Assembly (NCBI GenBank): GCA_012799635.1
Contig: JAAZKW010000034.1
Location: forward strand, 9,930-73,929
Source: Mollicutes bacterium
Lineage (GTDB): Bacteria; Bacillota_I; Bacilli_A; RF39; UBA660
Direction: 5' to 3'
Length of the DNA: 64,000 bases
Made by a program: the position numbers and the translations under genes. Positions 31,075-42,900 of the stretch are shown in pieces. The notes under the pieces are model-generated. The model was not told the DNA's origin. It did not search any database and worked only from the letters and a program-made list of their open reading frames with translations. How positions within the stretch are numbered: the stretch's first letter is position 1; each line of letters starts with the position of its first letter.

Positions 31075-32091
31075 CTATATTTCTTTACTTCGAAGTTGCC
31101 CACAAGCTGCCGAAATATTATCGCCGAATTTTCTTCGCATTGTAACATTCAATCCCCTTTTTTTAAGCCTATCAAAAAACAAATCAATTTGTTTTTTATC
31201 ACTAGTATTAATATCATTATTATTAGTTTTGTTATATGAAATTAAATTAATATAAATATTCATATTTTTAAACAGCAAGGCTAATTCATCAGCATATTTC
31301 AGATCATCATTAATATCTTTTAACAAAATATATTCTAAAGAAACCCTTCTTCCTGTAACATTGATATAATCTTTAATTGCTTTATGTAAAGAAATATAAT
31401 CATATACTTTTGATATTGGCATAATCTTATTTCTAACTTCATCATTTGAGGCATGAAGACTAATTGCCAAATTAACTTGTAATCCTAATTTAGAAAACTC
31501 ATATATTTTAGGAACTATTCCACAAGTTGATACTGTTATATGTCTTGCACCAATGTTAAGCATTTTAGGATTATTAATAATTTTTAAAGCTTTTATTAGA
31601 TTATCATAGTTATCAAAGGGTTCACCAATTCCCATAACCACAACACTATTTATTTTTTTATTAACATAATTTGAAACCAGTATTATTTGCTCTATCATTT
31701 CAGATACTTCAAGATTTCTTGTTTTTTTAAGTCTTCCACTTTCACAAAAAGCACATCCCATATTACAACCAACTTGACTAGATATACATATACTTAAGCC
31801 ATAATCATGATACATTAAAACTGTCTCTATAAATTCATTATCATGTAATTCAAATAAAAATTTTTTTACATCTTCATCTTCTTGAACTTTTTTTATTTTA
31901 ATAGATCCAAAAGAAAACTTTTCTTTTAAAAAATTTCGGACTTCACTACTTATATTAGAAAAGTTAAGAGGATCATATACCTTTTTATCATATACCCAGT
32001 CAATTACTTGACTTGCTACAAACTTCTTATATCCACGTTTCTCTAATAAAGCTTCTAAATCTTCTTTTTCATAATTAAATATATTTCCCAT
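31075..32091 (-). CDS. rlmN: 23S rRNA/tRNA m2A methyltransferase RlmN
   Basis: SSQVGCNMGCAFC, MGIGEP, AISLHA, AACGQL; start likely ATG 32091. Confidence 0.96.
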   Translation of the reverse strand: MGNIFNYEKEDLEALLEKRGYKKFVASQVIDWVYDKKVYDPLNFSNISSEVRNFLKEKFSFGSIKIKKVQEDEDVKKFLFELHDNEFIETVLMYHDYGLSICISSQVGCNMGCAFCESGRLKKTRNLEVSEMIEQIILVSNYVNKKINSVVVMGIGEPFDNYDNLIKALKIINNPKMLNIGARHITVSTCGIVPKIYEFSKLGLQVNLAISLHASNDEVRNKIMPISKVYDYISLHKAIKDYINVTGRRVSLEYILLKDINDDLKYADELALLFKNMNIYINLISYNKTNNNDINTSDKKQIDLFFDRLKKRGLNVTMRRKFGDNISAACGQLRSKEI

Positions 32092-32182
32092 AACCATATT
32101 ATACTTTTTATGTAAATAAAAAAGCAAGATGTTTATACACATCTTGACTATTACTAGGCAGAAAGACTAATTTTTACAAATA

Positions 32183-32923
32183 TTATCTGTTTTTCTTTAC
32201 AAATTCTCTTAGTCCTTTTAATCCTGCGCTATCTTTATATTTTTCATATATATCATTGTTAAGCCATAATAACCTAAAATTATAAAATTTATCTTTAAAG
32301 CTTTTGGGTTTTTTTAATTTAATATCAATATCTGAATATGATTCTTGAATAACTTCTTTATCACTTCTAAATCTAACTAAATATGAAGCTAAAGTAAGTA
32401 TTTCAAATATATATAATGGCATAAATATTGTTCCAAGTAGTTTAACTTGATCTAAAGAAGTAACATAATTTATAAAATTAGCATTTAAAAAGGTAATCTT
32501 TTTAATATCAATAACTAAATATATTAAAATAACAGTCATTGAAATTACTATTGTTTTAAATTTACCAGTTTTAGAACTTTTAACATTAGCATTTTTAGAA
32601 TATCTTATTGTTTGAATAATAAAAATAGCTAGTTCACACAATATTGGAAAAACAGCATATTTAGTCATTGTTACAAGTAAAATTAGGTTAGCTACTGTAA
32701 ATAACTTATCAGCAGTTCCATCAAATACACTTCCAAAAAAAGTAGATACTTTAGCTTTTCTTGCAATAATACCATCTAAAAAATCCGTAAAATAACAAAT
32801 CATTGAAAGACTAGCTGCTGCTAATGCTCCTTTTTTTAAATATAGGGGAACTAAAAAAATTGCTCCTATTATTCTAAGTGCTGTAAGTAAATTTACAAAT
32901 AATGCTACCGATAGTTTAATCAT
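32183..32923 (-). CDS. CDP-alcohol phosphatidyltransferase (PgsA-like)
   Basis: NLLT.LR, D.LDG.IAR.....FG..FD..ADK. Confidence 0.88.
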   Translation of the reverse strand: MIKLSVALFVNLLTALRIIGAIFLVPLYLKKGALAAASLSMICYFTDFLDGIIARKAKVSTFFGSVFDGTADKLFTVANLILLVTMTKYAVFPILCELAIFIIQTIRYSKNANVKSSKTGKFKTIVISMTVILIYLVIDIKKITFLNANFINYVTSLDQVKLLGTIFMPLYIFEILTLASYLVRFRSDKEVIQESYSDIDIKLKKPKSFKDKFYNFRLLWLNNDIYEKYKDSAGLKGLREFVKKNR

Positions 32924-32931
32924 ATTACCTC

Positions 32932-33450
32932 TTATAAATTAAATTTTAGTTTATACTTAATGTTATCTTTATCTAAATTAATTATAATTATATCATTTTC
33001 AATTGATATATCACCAGTAAAATAATTACTGTCAAAATAAACAATTCCATCACGAGCATAAACCTTTTTAATATTATTTAATATATAATCTAAATAAAAT
33101 TCTTTTTCCATAATATTATTATCTAACATTGATAAAGATTGTTCTTCTTCAACAAGATATTCATTTTTACCTTCGATCAAATATTTTTTATCATCAATTA
33201 TTACTTCACATGTATCATTACAAGTACCATAATATAGTTTAACACCATCTTTATAAAATTCAAAATCATATTTTTTTATAGCTAACTTTTCTACAATTTT
33301 TTCATATTCTTTATAGTGTTTTAACTCTATTTTACGATCGTTCGTAAGTTTTAATAAATATAAATAACATATTAATATGAAAGCCATCCATAATAATAGC
33401 TGAATAATTTGTTTCTTCTTTTTTTCATCTAATTTATTTTTATTCGACAT
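32932..33450 (-). CDS. Hypothetical single-TM protein
   Basis: ATG 33450 behind AGGTGA; basic N-terminus then TM. Confidence 0.7.
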   Translation of the reverse strand: MSNKNKLDEKKKKQIIQLLLWMAFILICYLYLLKLTNDRKIELKHYKEYEKIVEKLAIKKYDFEFYKDGVKLYYGTCNDTCEVIIDDKKYLIEGKNEYLVEEEQSLSMLDNNIMEKEFYLDYILNNIKKVYARDGIVYFDSNYFTGDISIENDIIIINLDKDNIKYKLKFNL

Positions 33451-34363
33451 TAATATCACCTTTATTTCTAAAGCCATTTAGAAAAGATTTAATATCCATT
33501 TCTTTTTTTCCTAAAACCTTTAATCTTTCTATTCTAATGCTTCCATCATTACATCCAATATACATATTATTTTTATCAATCAATACTTCTTTTATCTTCA
33601 AAGATATGTTTTTTATAAAACTAGCTTTAGTGATTTTTGTTTCTAAACCATTTAAAATTATATATGCTCCAGGCCAAGGGGTAAAAGCTCTTATTTTATT
33701 AATAATATCTTTACCATTATTATTAAAAGCTATTTTTTCATCTTCTCTTTTTATTAATCTTGTATAACTAGCTTTTCTTTCATCTTGTTTTATTCTACTA
33801 TTTTGGTTCTTTATAATTAATGGTAATGTTTCAGCAAGTAATTTTTGACCTAATATAGATAGTTTATCATGAAGCATCTTTACATTATCAGAATCTTTAA
33901 TATCAATAGATTCCATTGCTATTATATCCCCAGTATCCATACTTTTATCCATATACATAATTGTAACTCCAGTAGTTTTATCCCCATTAAGAAGAGCCCA
34001 CTGAATAGGAGATGCTCCTCGATACTTTGGTAATAATGAAGCATGAACATTAATACAACCTAATCTAGGTATGTTAAGTATTTCTTCGGGTAATATTTGT
34101 CCATAAGCACAAGTTATAATAATATCAGGATTTATTTCACTTATTATTTCATAATCTTCTTTTATTTTATTAGGTTGAAAGACAGCTATATTTTTTTGGA
34201 TAGCTAATTTTTTTGTAGGTGAAAAAGATAATTCATTATTTTTGCCTTTCTTTTTATCTGGCTGAGTAACTACTAAAACAACATTGGTATTTTCTATTAA
34301 ATAAGAAAGGATTGGTAAAGAAAAATCAGGTGTTCCCATGAATATAACTTTTAAATCTTCCAT
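33440..34363 (-). CDS. fmt: Methionyl-tRNA formyltransferase
   Basis: FMGTPDF, VVTQPD, AYGQIL, NVHASLLPKYRGASPI. Confidence 0.97.
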   Translation of the reverse strand: MEDLKVIFMGTPDFSLPILSYLIENTNVVLVVTQPDKKKGKNNELSFSPTKKLAIQKNIAVFQPNKIKEDYEIISEINPDIIITCAYGQILPEEILNIPRLGCINVHASLLPKYRGASPIQWALLNGDKTTGVTIMYMDKSMDTGDIIAMESIDIKDSDNVKMLHDKLSILGQKLLAETLPLIIKNQNSRIKQDERKASYTRLIKREDEKIAFNNNGKDIINKIRAFTPWPGAYIILNGLETKITKASFIKNISLKIKEVLIDKNNMYIGCNDGSIRIERLKVLGKKEMDIKSFLNGFRNKGDINVE

Positions 34364-34442
34364 TAACACTCTCCCTATATAATTGTATCAAAGTTCTTTT
34401 AAAAAGTCTTTAAAAACCTATTAAATAATCAAAAATGCAAGA

Positions 34443-34970
34443 TTATACTCGCATTAATTCTTCTTCTTTAAGTTTTATTTCTTCATCAATTTCTTTATTA
34501 TATTTATTTATTGTATCTTGAAGATTATCTAAATAACGTTTTTCTTCATCTTCAGGATATTTAGCTTTAGTTATTGTATCTTTTTCATCTTGCCTAATAT
34601 TTCTTAAAGCAACCTTTCCTTCTTCACCAATAGCTTTGGCCATCTTAACATATTCTCTTCTTCTTTCTTCATTAAGCTCAGGAATTGCTAAAATAACCAT
34701 TTCACCATTATTTGTAGGATTAATACCAATATTTGCTTCAGCAATAGCTTTTTCTATTTCTTTAACAATGCTTTTATCAAACGGTTTAATTAATAATTCT
34801 CTTGCTTCGGGGATTGTAATATTTGCAATACTATGAATAGAAGTTGGTACACCATAGTAATCAACCATAATACCATTAAGCATTGCCGGATTAGCTCTCC
34901 CCGCTCTAATTGTATTTAGCCTTTCCTTAACATTTTCAACCGCCGCTTTCATCTTCGTATCAAAATCCAT
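34443..34970 (-). CDS. frr: Ribosome recycling factor
   Basis: IRAGRANP, VDYYG.PT, P.L.EERR, ALRNIR. Confidence 0.96.
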   Translation of the reverse strand: MDFDTKMKAAVENVKERLNTIRAGRANPAMLNGIMVDYYGVPTSIHSIANITIPEARELLIKPFDKSIVKEIEKAIAEANIGINPTNNGEMVILAIPELNEERRREYVKMAKAIGEEGKVALRNIRQDEKDTITKAKYPEDEEKRYLDNLQDTINKYNKEIDEEIKLKEEELMRV

Positions 34971-34981
34971 ATATTCATCTC

Positions 34982-35710
34982 CTAACTTAAAACTACATCT
35001 TCATTATAATCATTCTGATCATTTTTTACAAGAACTCTTACATTAAGTTTACCTATTTTATTAATATATAAAGGATATTCCTTTAATAGATTCATTGTTT
35101 GATTTACATCTATTTTTATATCTGTTCTTAAAAGGGCAAGACCTTCAATATACTTTTTGGTATTATTAACCATCTTAGTTTCATCAATTTGAAATAGGCC
35201 TAATAAATCATTATTGTTTATAATAAAACCATTATTTTTATTAAAATTATATGTTTTACTATTTATTGGTATTACAAGACTTTCTTTATCATATTTATAA
35301 TAACTAACTACCAAAGATAAATAGTTATCATATTCATATATTTCATAAGTTTTGTATTCAGCATACGATATACCACCAAGTTCATTACCCTGTTTTTTAA
35401 CCGTTTCTTTCAAGTTTATTGTCTCATCATTAAGTGTATTTGCAAGATTACTATCTTCTTTAAAATTAAATACAATATCTTTATATCCTATATCAAGATT
35501 GTCACCAATTAGCGTTTCATTAGTAAAATATATAAAATCTTTCGTTTTATCTATTCTTATATCCGTAACTTCTTCTTTTTGAACCATTTTTTGAGGACTA
35601 TCCTTCTCATTTTTTTCTTTGATACTAATTTGAGTTAATATAAATCCTCCAATGATAATAACCACAAAAATAATAAAAACAAAAATTATTTTATATTTAT
35701 TATTCTCCAT
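34982..35710 (-). CDS. Hypothetical membrane-anchored protein
   Basis: N-terminal TM; translationally coupled to the upstream gene. Confidence 0.75.
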   Translation of the reverse strand: MENNKYKIIFVFIIFVVIIIGGFILTQISIKEKNEKDSPQKMVQKEEVTDIRIDKTKDFIYFTNETLIGDNLDIGYKDIVFNFKEDSNLANTLNDETINLKETVKKQGNELGGISYAEYKTYEIYEYDNYLSLVVSYYKYDKESLVIPINSKTYNFNKNNGFIINNNDLLGLFQIDETKMVNNTKKYIEGLALLRTDIKIDVNQTMNLLKEYPLYINKIGKLNVRVLVKNDQNDYNEDVVLS

Positions 35711-36320
35711 CTTTTTCTCCTACATAATAATTAAAAACATCTGTTAGCTCATTTATAGCAAGATTTTTATGATATTCATTCCAATATTCTTCTGCGGTAA
35801 TCATTCCTTTAGATAACGCTGTATCATCATTAAAATAATATATTAAACCATCTTTTTTAACAAGAATTGTTGGAGCATATAAATTAGCTCTACCATCATC
35901 TAAATAAGTAATATAATCTTCTAGATATTTAACAATACTTTGATAGCTTCCATTTCGATCTTCACGATCAGCAGTAATATCAAAATAATATATCTTATCG
36001 ATACCAACTTTACTTGCTACATCACTAACTATCTTAACATAACTAGATACCCATTTACTATTTTTAAGACCAAAAATAATTATTGCATTATCTTCTTGAA
36101 CATGTTTATAAGCATCTGAAGCTGTTACATATACAAACACATTGTCTTTTCCAACATTAAATTCTTTATCAAATCGCACGGAATCTTTTAATACTTTTTT
36201 ACTATAATTTCTAGTTCCAACAAAAACAAAACAACCAAGTAATATAAAAAATAGGATTATTTGGATTATCATTGTCTTCTTATCTTTAAAAAACTTCTTT
36301 TTCTTCAATTCAACCACCAT
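35700..36320 (-). CDS. Membrane-anchored thioredoxin-fold-like protein lacking CxxC
   Basis: TM; IIIFG...SKWV in place of CxxC; IYYFDI; YAPTILVKKDG cis-Pro-like loop. Confidence 0.6.
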   Translation of the reverse strand: MVVELKKKKFFKDKKTMIIQIILFFILLGCFVFVGTRNYSKKVLKDSVRFDKEFNVGKDNVFVYVTASDAYKHVQEDNAIIIFGLKNSKWVSSYVKIVSDVASKVGIDKIYYFDITADREDRNGSYQSIVKYLEDYITYLDDGRANLYAPTILVKKDGLIYYFNDDTALSKGMITAEEYWNEYHKNLAINELTDVFNYYVGEKDGE

Positions 36321-36360
36321 ATAAATATTATCATAATATATATTATTTTTAAAGAATAAA

Positions 36361-36390
36361 AAATAATTTTGCATTAATACAAAATTATTT
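36361..36390 (-). terminator. Probable terminator
   Basis: Arms aaataattttg / caaaattattt downstream of 36421-37806. Confidence 0.55.
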
Positions 36391-36420
36391 AATAGTTTTA
36401 ATTACATTATATTCAAATTC

Positions 36421-37806
36421 TTAATTAACACTCTTAATATAAAACTCATATCCAAAGGTGCCTTCAACTACTTCAAAAGTAATATTATATTCAGTTCCTG
36501 CAACTAGATTTAATGGTGTATTATCAAAATCTTTATATTGCATTTCATACTTAGTATTATTAGCATCAGTTAATATATAATCTACATAATCATATTTTCT
36601 ATCATCTTCTTCTCCAGAACCAGATGTGCCTATCTCGGTTAAAGTAAATGTCTCAGTATGTGTTCCTATTAAGTAAAGACCTAGCTTTGTTCTTAAATCC
36701 GCTTCAGTTTGAATATCAACAATTTCCTTCATATCTGATTTCGTAAATATTTTATAATCAACAATTGTTTTTTCATCACCCTTTTTAGTATAGTATATAT
36801 CTACTTTAACATATTCACTATAATCATCTAGTGATACAAACAATTCAATATTATTGGCTTTTAATGTATAATCTTCTGTATTTTCTTTACTTTCAATTGT
36901 AACAGTACATGACGTTCCAAAACAAAAATGCCCAGTAACAATTACATCCTCTAATAAGGTTCCTTTTTTTGAAGTACTATAATTACCAGTATTATCACTA
37001 ATTGCTGAAGTTGAATTATTAGAATTGAAAAAATTTTCTATATTTGATTTCACAATATAAAACAATAAGGATATATTAATAAGAAGACAAATAACAATTA
37101 AGACGAAAACATTTGCAACATTAGTTCCACCTTTTTTTGCACAAAGCACTTTTAATCCATTTAAATCTGTTTGAGGATTCTTTTGTTTGATTTTAGCAAT
37201 TTTTCTTTTAGCAAAATCTAAATAATATTTATTAGTTAAAGAGCCACTTAATATCATTAAAATAAGAATAAAAGAAAGCGAAACTATAAGTGAAAGTGTT
37301 GAATTTAATTTTGATGTAACAAGCATTACTAATGTCCCCAAACTACATACAATCACACTAAGTAATACCATTTTTCTATATATAAAATAAGAAGAAGCCC
37401 AACATAAAGCTGCAAAATTAAATTTCCTTGTTGTTATTTTATCGTAGTTTTTTCCAATAAAAGCTTTTAATAACTCTTCATCATCACCCAAAACAGGAGC
37501 AACTGTTGGTTGACTTGGCACCACATTAGGTTGTTCTGCCTCGTTTACTTCGTTATGTAATATAGGGCTTACTGGTTGCGCAATAGTCGGTGTAACAGGT
37601 ATATTCTCTTGTTGTGCCATATTATCTATAGATGGCGTTTCGTTAATAATTGGTGATAAAGCAGGTTCATTTGCTCCTACTGCCTCACTATTTATACTAG
37701 GTTGCTGAGGTATTGGATTTATATTGCTATCCATCGCTGGTGAATCTAAGTTTGGAGTGATATTGATATTAACATTATCTTCTCCATTAAAATTATCGTT
37801 ATTCAT
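36421..37806 (-). CDS. DUF2628-like membrane protein with Pro/Asn/Gln-rich N-terminus and extracellular C-terminal domain
   Basis: AFIGKNYDK, FNFAA....YFIYRKM, N.YY, KGGTN; ATG 37806 behind AAGGAGG. Confidence 0.75.
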   Translation of the reverse strand: MNNDNFNGEDNVNINITPNLDSPAMDSNINPIPQQPSINSEAVGANEPALSPIINETPSIDNMAQQENIPVTPTIAQPVSPILHNEVNEAEQPNVVPSQPTVAPVLGDDEELLKAFIGKNYDKITTRKFNFAALCWASSYFIYRKMVLLSVIVCSLGTLVMLVTSKLNSTLSLIVSLSFILILMILSGSLTNKYYLDFAKRKIAKIKQKNPQTDLNGLKVLCAKKGGTNVANVFVLIVICLLINISLLFYIVKSNIENFFNSNNSTSAISDNTGNYSTSKKGTLLEDVIVTGHFCFGTSCTVTIESKENTEDYTLKANNIELFVSLDDYSEYVKVDIYYTKKGDEKTIVDYKIFTKSDMKEIVDIQTEADLRTKLGLYLIGTHTETFTLTEIGTSGSGEEDDRKYDYVDYILTDANNTKYEMQYKDFDNTPLNLVAGTEYNITFEVVEGTFGYEFYIKSVN

Positions 37807-38043
37807 AATTGCCTCCTTGATTATAACTATAATATTTATAAGGTACATAAAATAAGCTATAAAAGAATAAAATTTATTCTTATTAGATCACTTTAGTCAC
37901 CTCTTATCTTCATAAATATACCATAATACTTTTTATAATTCAATAACTAAGTTTACCTTGTTATTTGATAAAAATACGAATATTGATATAATTGAATATA
38001 TCGATTTATTTTTGTATAATATTAGTTAGCTGGAGATGATGAT

Positions 38044-39408
38044 ATGTTTAAAAATAAAAAAATTCACTTTATTGGTATTGGTGGATCATCAATGAGTGGG
38101 ATTGCCGATATAATGCATAATAAAAACGCTATTGTAACGGGTTATGACTTAGTAGAAAGTAAAATAACAAAAAGATTAGTTAAAGAAGGAATTGATGTAT
38201 ATCATAAGCCTAATTTATCATATATAGATAATGCTGATATTATTGTTTATTCCGCTGCTATTAATGATAATTTTGAAGAATTAAAATATGCTCGGAAACT
38301 AAATAAAAAAATTTATGAAAGATCTGAATTTCTTGGAATATTAATGCAAGAATATGAAAATGTTTTATGTATCAGTGGAACGCATGGTAAAAGCACAACT
38401 ACTAGTATGATAGCAACTATTTTCTTAAAAGCTAATTTAAATCCTACTATATCTATTGGGGCTATGCTTCCTTTAATAAATGGCAATTATCATATTGGTA
38501 ATAATAAACATTTTATTGTAGAAGCTTGTGAATATGTAGATAGTTTTCTTGATTTTAAACCTACAAGTGCAATAATTTTGAATATTCAGACTGATCACAT
38601 AGACTATTTTAAAAATCTAGACAATATTATTAAATCTTTTAATAAGTTTGTAAAACTCCTTCCTAAAAATGGTTATTTAATTGTAAATAATGATGATAAA
38701 AATACTTTGAAAGCTGTTTGTAATCATGAAAAAACAACATATGGTATTAATAACGATTCTAATTACATGGCTAAAAATATTAAATTTGATAAATTGGGAT
38801 ATCCATCATATGATTTGTATATAGATAATATAAATATTAATAGAGTCAATCTTAATGTATTAGGTAAACATAATATTTATAACTCTCTTGCCGCTATTGC
38901 TCTTTCACATAAATATATTAATGATATATCATTAATTGTATCAGCATTGAAATTTTATAAAGGCATTGAAAGAAGATTTGAATACTTGGGTAAATTTAAA
39001 TCAGCTAATGTTTTTGATGACTATGCCCATCATCCAAATGAAGTAGAAAGTATTTTAGATCTAATTAAAAAAACGAAACATAACAGAAGTATTGCTGTTT
39101 TTCAACCTCATACATATTCTAGAACTAATGCCTTCTTAAAAGATTTTGCTAATATATTAAAAGATTTTGATTGTATTATAATTGCACCTATATATGCTGC
39201 TAGAGAGGAAAACATTTATAACATTAAAGAAGATGATTTATTAAAACTAATTAAAGAAGAAAATGAAAATGTTGTTTTTATTGATTCGTTTGAAAAGATT
39301 ATAAACTTTTTAGATAAAAAGGTTCAAAAGGATGATATAATTGTAACAATGGGAGCTGGTGATATAACACTACTAGCCCACATGTTAGTAGGTGATAATA
39401 ATGGATGA
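38044..39408 (+). CDS. murC: UDP-N-acetylmuramate--L-alanine ligase
   Basis: HFIGIGGSSMSG, GTHGKSTTT, EACEY, DHIDY, DDYAHHP, FQPHTYSRT, MGAGDI. Confidence 0.96.
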   Translation: MFKNKKIHFIGIGGSSMSGIADIMHNKNAIVTGYDLVESKITKRLVKEGIDVYHKPNLSYIDNADIIVYSAAINDNFEELKYARKLNKKIYERSEFLGILMQEYENVLCISGTHGKSTTTSMIATIFLKANLNPTISIGAMLPLINGNYHIGNNKHFIVEACEYVDSFLDFKPTSAIILNIQTDHIDYFKNLDNIIKSFNKFVKLLPKNGYLIVNNDDKNTLKAVCNHEKTTYGINNDSNYMAKNIKFDKLGYPSYDLYIDNININRVNLNVLGKHNIYNSLAAIALSHKYINDISLIVSALKFYKGIERRFEYLGKFKSANVFDDYAHHPNEVESILDLIKKTKHNRSIAVFQPHTYSRTNAFLKDFANILKDFDCIIIAPIYAAREENIYNIKEDDLLKLIKEENENVVFIDSFEKIINFLDKKVQKDDIIVTMGAGDITLLAHMLVGDNNG

Positions 39409-39919
39409 AAAAACCACTAAAAAAAGAAAGAAAACCGGTATATATATATTAATATTGGGTTTAATATTAGTATGTAGCTTAGTTTTTATATATTATATGC
39501 TTAGAATAAATCAGAAAGAAAAATTTGATAAATTATATTCGAAAGAAAGATATCTAACTGTAAGTTATGGTGTTATTGAACAAGAAAAAATGTTTCAAGA
39601 AGAAAATGCTTTATTTAAAAAAGTATTTCAAGAAAATAAATATTATCTTATTATAACTAAAGATAACACTTTATTTACTTATTATTTGGATTGGTATTAT
39701 CAAATTGATCCTTTAAAAGGTTATAAACTAGTTTATAATATAAAACTTACTGATAAACAAGTCCAAAATATTCTAAATAATGTTAGAGAAAAAGCTTTAG
39801 AACAAAATCTTAGAGAAGATGAAAACATAGCTATTTATATTGATAAGAAAAATATGTATATTAATAGTAATGATTTTCAACTAATACTTCAAAAAGAAGA
39901 TATTTTAATTAGTATATAA
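39401..39919 (+). CDS. Hypothetical single-TM protein
   Basis: Basic N-terminus plus TM; overlaps the murC stop. Confidence 0.7.
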   Translation: MDEKTTKKRKKTGIYILILGLILVCSLVFIYYMLRINQKEKFDKLYSKERYLTVSYGVIEQEKMFQEENALFKKVFQENKYYLIITKDNTLFTYYLDWYYQIDPLKGYKLVYNIKLTDKQVQNILNNVREKALEQNLREDENIAIYIDKKNMYINSNDFQLILQKEDILISI

Positions 39920-39931
39920 TATCTTCTTTTT
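39891..39931. terminator. Probable bidirectional terminator
   Basis: Arms aaaaagaagatatt / aatatcttcttttt between convergent genes. Confidence 0.65.
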
Positions 39932-42900
39932 TATTCTATTATTTCAAGTTTATTTAATAAAATGGAATATAAATATAATTTACAAGGTTTATTTTTGATA
40001 CTTTTAAGATATTTTTCATATATCTTTAATTGTTTTTTATAAGATTCATCAATTATATTATTAAGTTTATAATCAATTATTTTTATTTCATTGTCACTTT
40101 CAATTATTAAATCTATAATACCATGATATTTATTACCATCTTCTTCATAAATAAACTCATGTTCTTTATATAACAGATCATCTTTTGTAATATTTAAAGT
40201 TTTAACAAAGTTATTAATTAAATTATAATGTTTATCTTCTTTAGATATATTAAAGAAATTACTTCTTTCAAATACTTTATGAATATAGGTACCATACTCT
40301 AAATTATCATAAAGTTCTTTATCAATAAAGGATACTATTTCCTTAGATATTTTCTTATTATCAATAATATTATTTTTAACATCTATTTTTTTATTAATAA
40401 TTAATTTAGTATCTTTTTTTAGTTCTTTACTACTTTTTTTATTATCCAAATAATCCTTAGTTAAATTATAATCATCTAAATTTATCTTAATAATATATTT
40501 AGACAAATAATTTTTAATTGACTCTATTATATCTAAAAAAGATGAATACTTATTTTTATCACTTAAAGTTAACTTACAATCATCATTAAGCGATGTTACT
40601 ATTATGATTTTTTCTCTTGCCCTTGTTAAAGCTACATAAAATAATCTTATTCTTTCTGATATATCATCTAAATAAAAATTATGTTTATTTAATTCCTTAG
40701 TTATTAAATTACCAAGCTTTTCATTATAATATGGGGTTATTAAACCATATTTTTTATCATATAAGAAACGATCTTTAATATCTTCGATATTAAAAGTCTT
40801 ATGATAACCACTATAATAACAGATTGGATATTCAAGACCTTTAGATTTGTGAATATTCATAAGTAATACACTATTTATATTATTTAAAGCCCCCTTAACT
40901 GTTATTTCATATTTACTTTCTATTAATTCATTTAAATAATCACATATATCATATACATTAAATCCTATTTTATTAAACTCTTTTGATAAAGATAAAATAT
41001 TATCTACTCTTATTAAACAGTTTTTTATATCCCCAAGAGTTATTAATTTTTCATAAAAGTTAAATTCCTTTAACAAAGTATTAATTAATACATATGAATC
41101 TTCGATTATAGGAAGGTTTTTTAGTTTTTGATATAAAGTACTATCTTTAAAAGTTTTGTTCTTAAAATAGTTATAAATGTCTTCATCAGGCATATTTATT
41201 AAGAAACTTCTTGCTATACTTGTAAAATAAAATTTAAAATCATAATCAAATTCATAATTTTTAACTTTTAAATATAACCCTACTAAATTTTTAATAACGA
41301 TGATGTCATCTTTACTTATAATTTTTTCATCTTGATAAATATAAAGGGGAATTTTTAAATATTCAAAGATTTTATAATAAGTATTAAAACTTGTTCCTCT
41401 GTCCATAATAATACAAAAATCACTAAAGGTTGCTTTTCTTAATTTTTTAGCTTCAGGATCATATACTTCATAACCTTTTTTTAATTTAGATAAAATATCT
41501 TGTCCTATTATAAAAGCTTCTTTTTCTTCTTTAGTAAAATCATCTTTATCATCATTGTAATTAAGAATCTCAAGATCACTGTTTGTATAATAATTTTCAT
41601 CATAATCTTTTAATCCATAAAGCATTTGATGATCTTTTTTATAATTGGCTCCACCAATATTATCATCCATAACTAAACTAAAGATGGTATTTATCCCTTC
41701 GATTACTTCTGGCCTTGATCTAAAATTATGAAGAAGATCTATTTTAATTCCTATATCATCTTTAGCATATTTATCATATTTATCTTTAAATATTAAAGGA
41801 TTAGCATTTCTAAAACCATATATCGACTGTTTAATATCCCCAACCATATATACATTATTATTTTCTATTAAGTTAATAAATTCTTCTTGCAAATCAGATG
41901 TATCTTGATATTCATCAATCATTATTTCATAATAACTGTTCTTAACTTCCTTACGTATCTGATCATTTTCTTTCAATAATTTTATAATAAGAATCTCAAT
42001 ATCAATAAATTCATACAAGTCATTATCAAATTTATATTGATTTAGTTTTTCATAATATATTTTTATTATATTAACAATACTTATAGCATTATTTTTAGCA
42101 AGACTAAAACTTGTTAGTATTTCTTCGGTATTTTCATATCTTAAATAAGATTTAATCTCTTTTTCCAAAAGCGTAATGCTATCTTTAATATCTTTAATAT
42201 CTTCACTTCCTTTTGGCCTTCTTACCGTAGGAATTTCAATATTTAATTTTATTTCATCATAAGTTTTTGAATTTAATAATGGCGTATAAGCTTTGACCAT
42301 TTCATTATAAAAAGTATCATAACCACTTCCTTCTAAAAGCATAATTAAATCATTAATACTTGAGATTTTATTAATCAAAATATCTTCATATTCTTTAATA
42401 TAACTTAAAATATAATCTTGATTAAAGAAAGTTACTGTTAAGTCATTATATAAATGTTCTTTATCACTTACTAAATCTATTTTCTTAATAATCTTTTTTA
42501 TTGCTTCTTTAATTTGTTTATCGTCTTTAACAGAGAAGTTTTCAATCAAATCTAAAAATAACAAGTCTTCTTTTTCATAAAAATTATCAAATACTTCATC
42601 TAATATTTTATCTTTAACTAATGTTATTAATCCTTCATCAATAATTTTTAAGTTTTTATCAATGTTAAGAAGAAAATGATATTTTTTAACTAAATGAAGA
42701 CAATAAGCATCAAAAGTAGTAATATCTGCAGTATCAAGCAAATATAAATTATCTTTTAATGAAAGATCCTTGCTTATCTTTTTTCTTATTCGATTTCTCA
42801 TCTCACCTGCTGCAGCATTAGTAAACGTTAATATCAATAATTTATTAATCTTAATATTATTTTTAAGGTGAGTAATAACTCTCTGTGTTAAAACAGCTGT

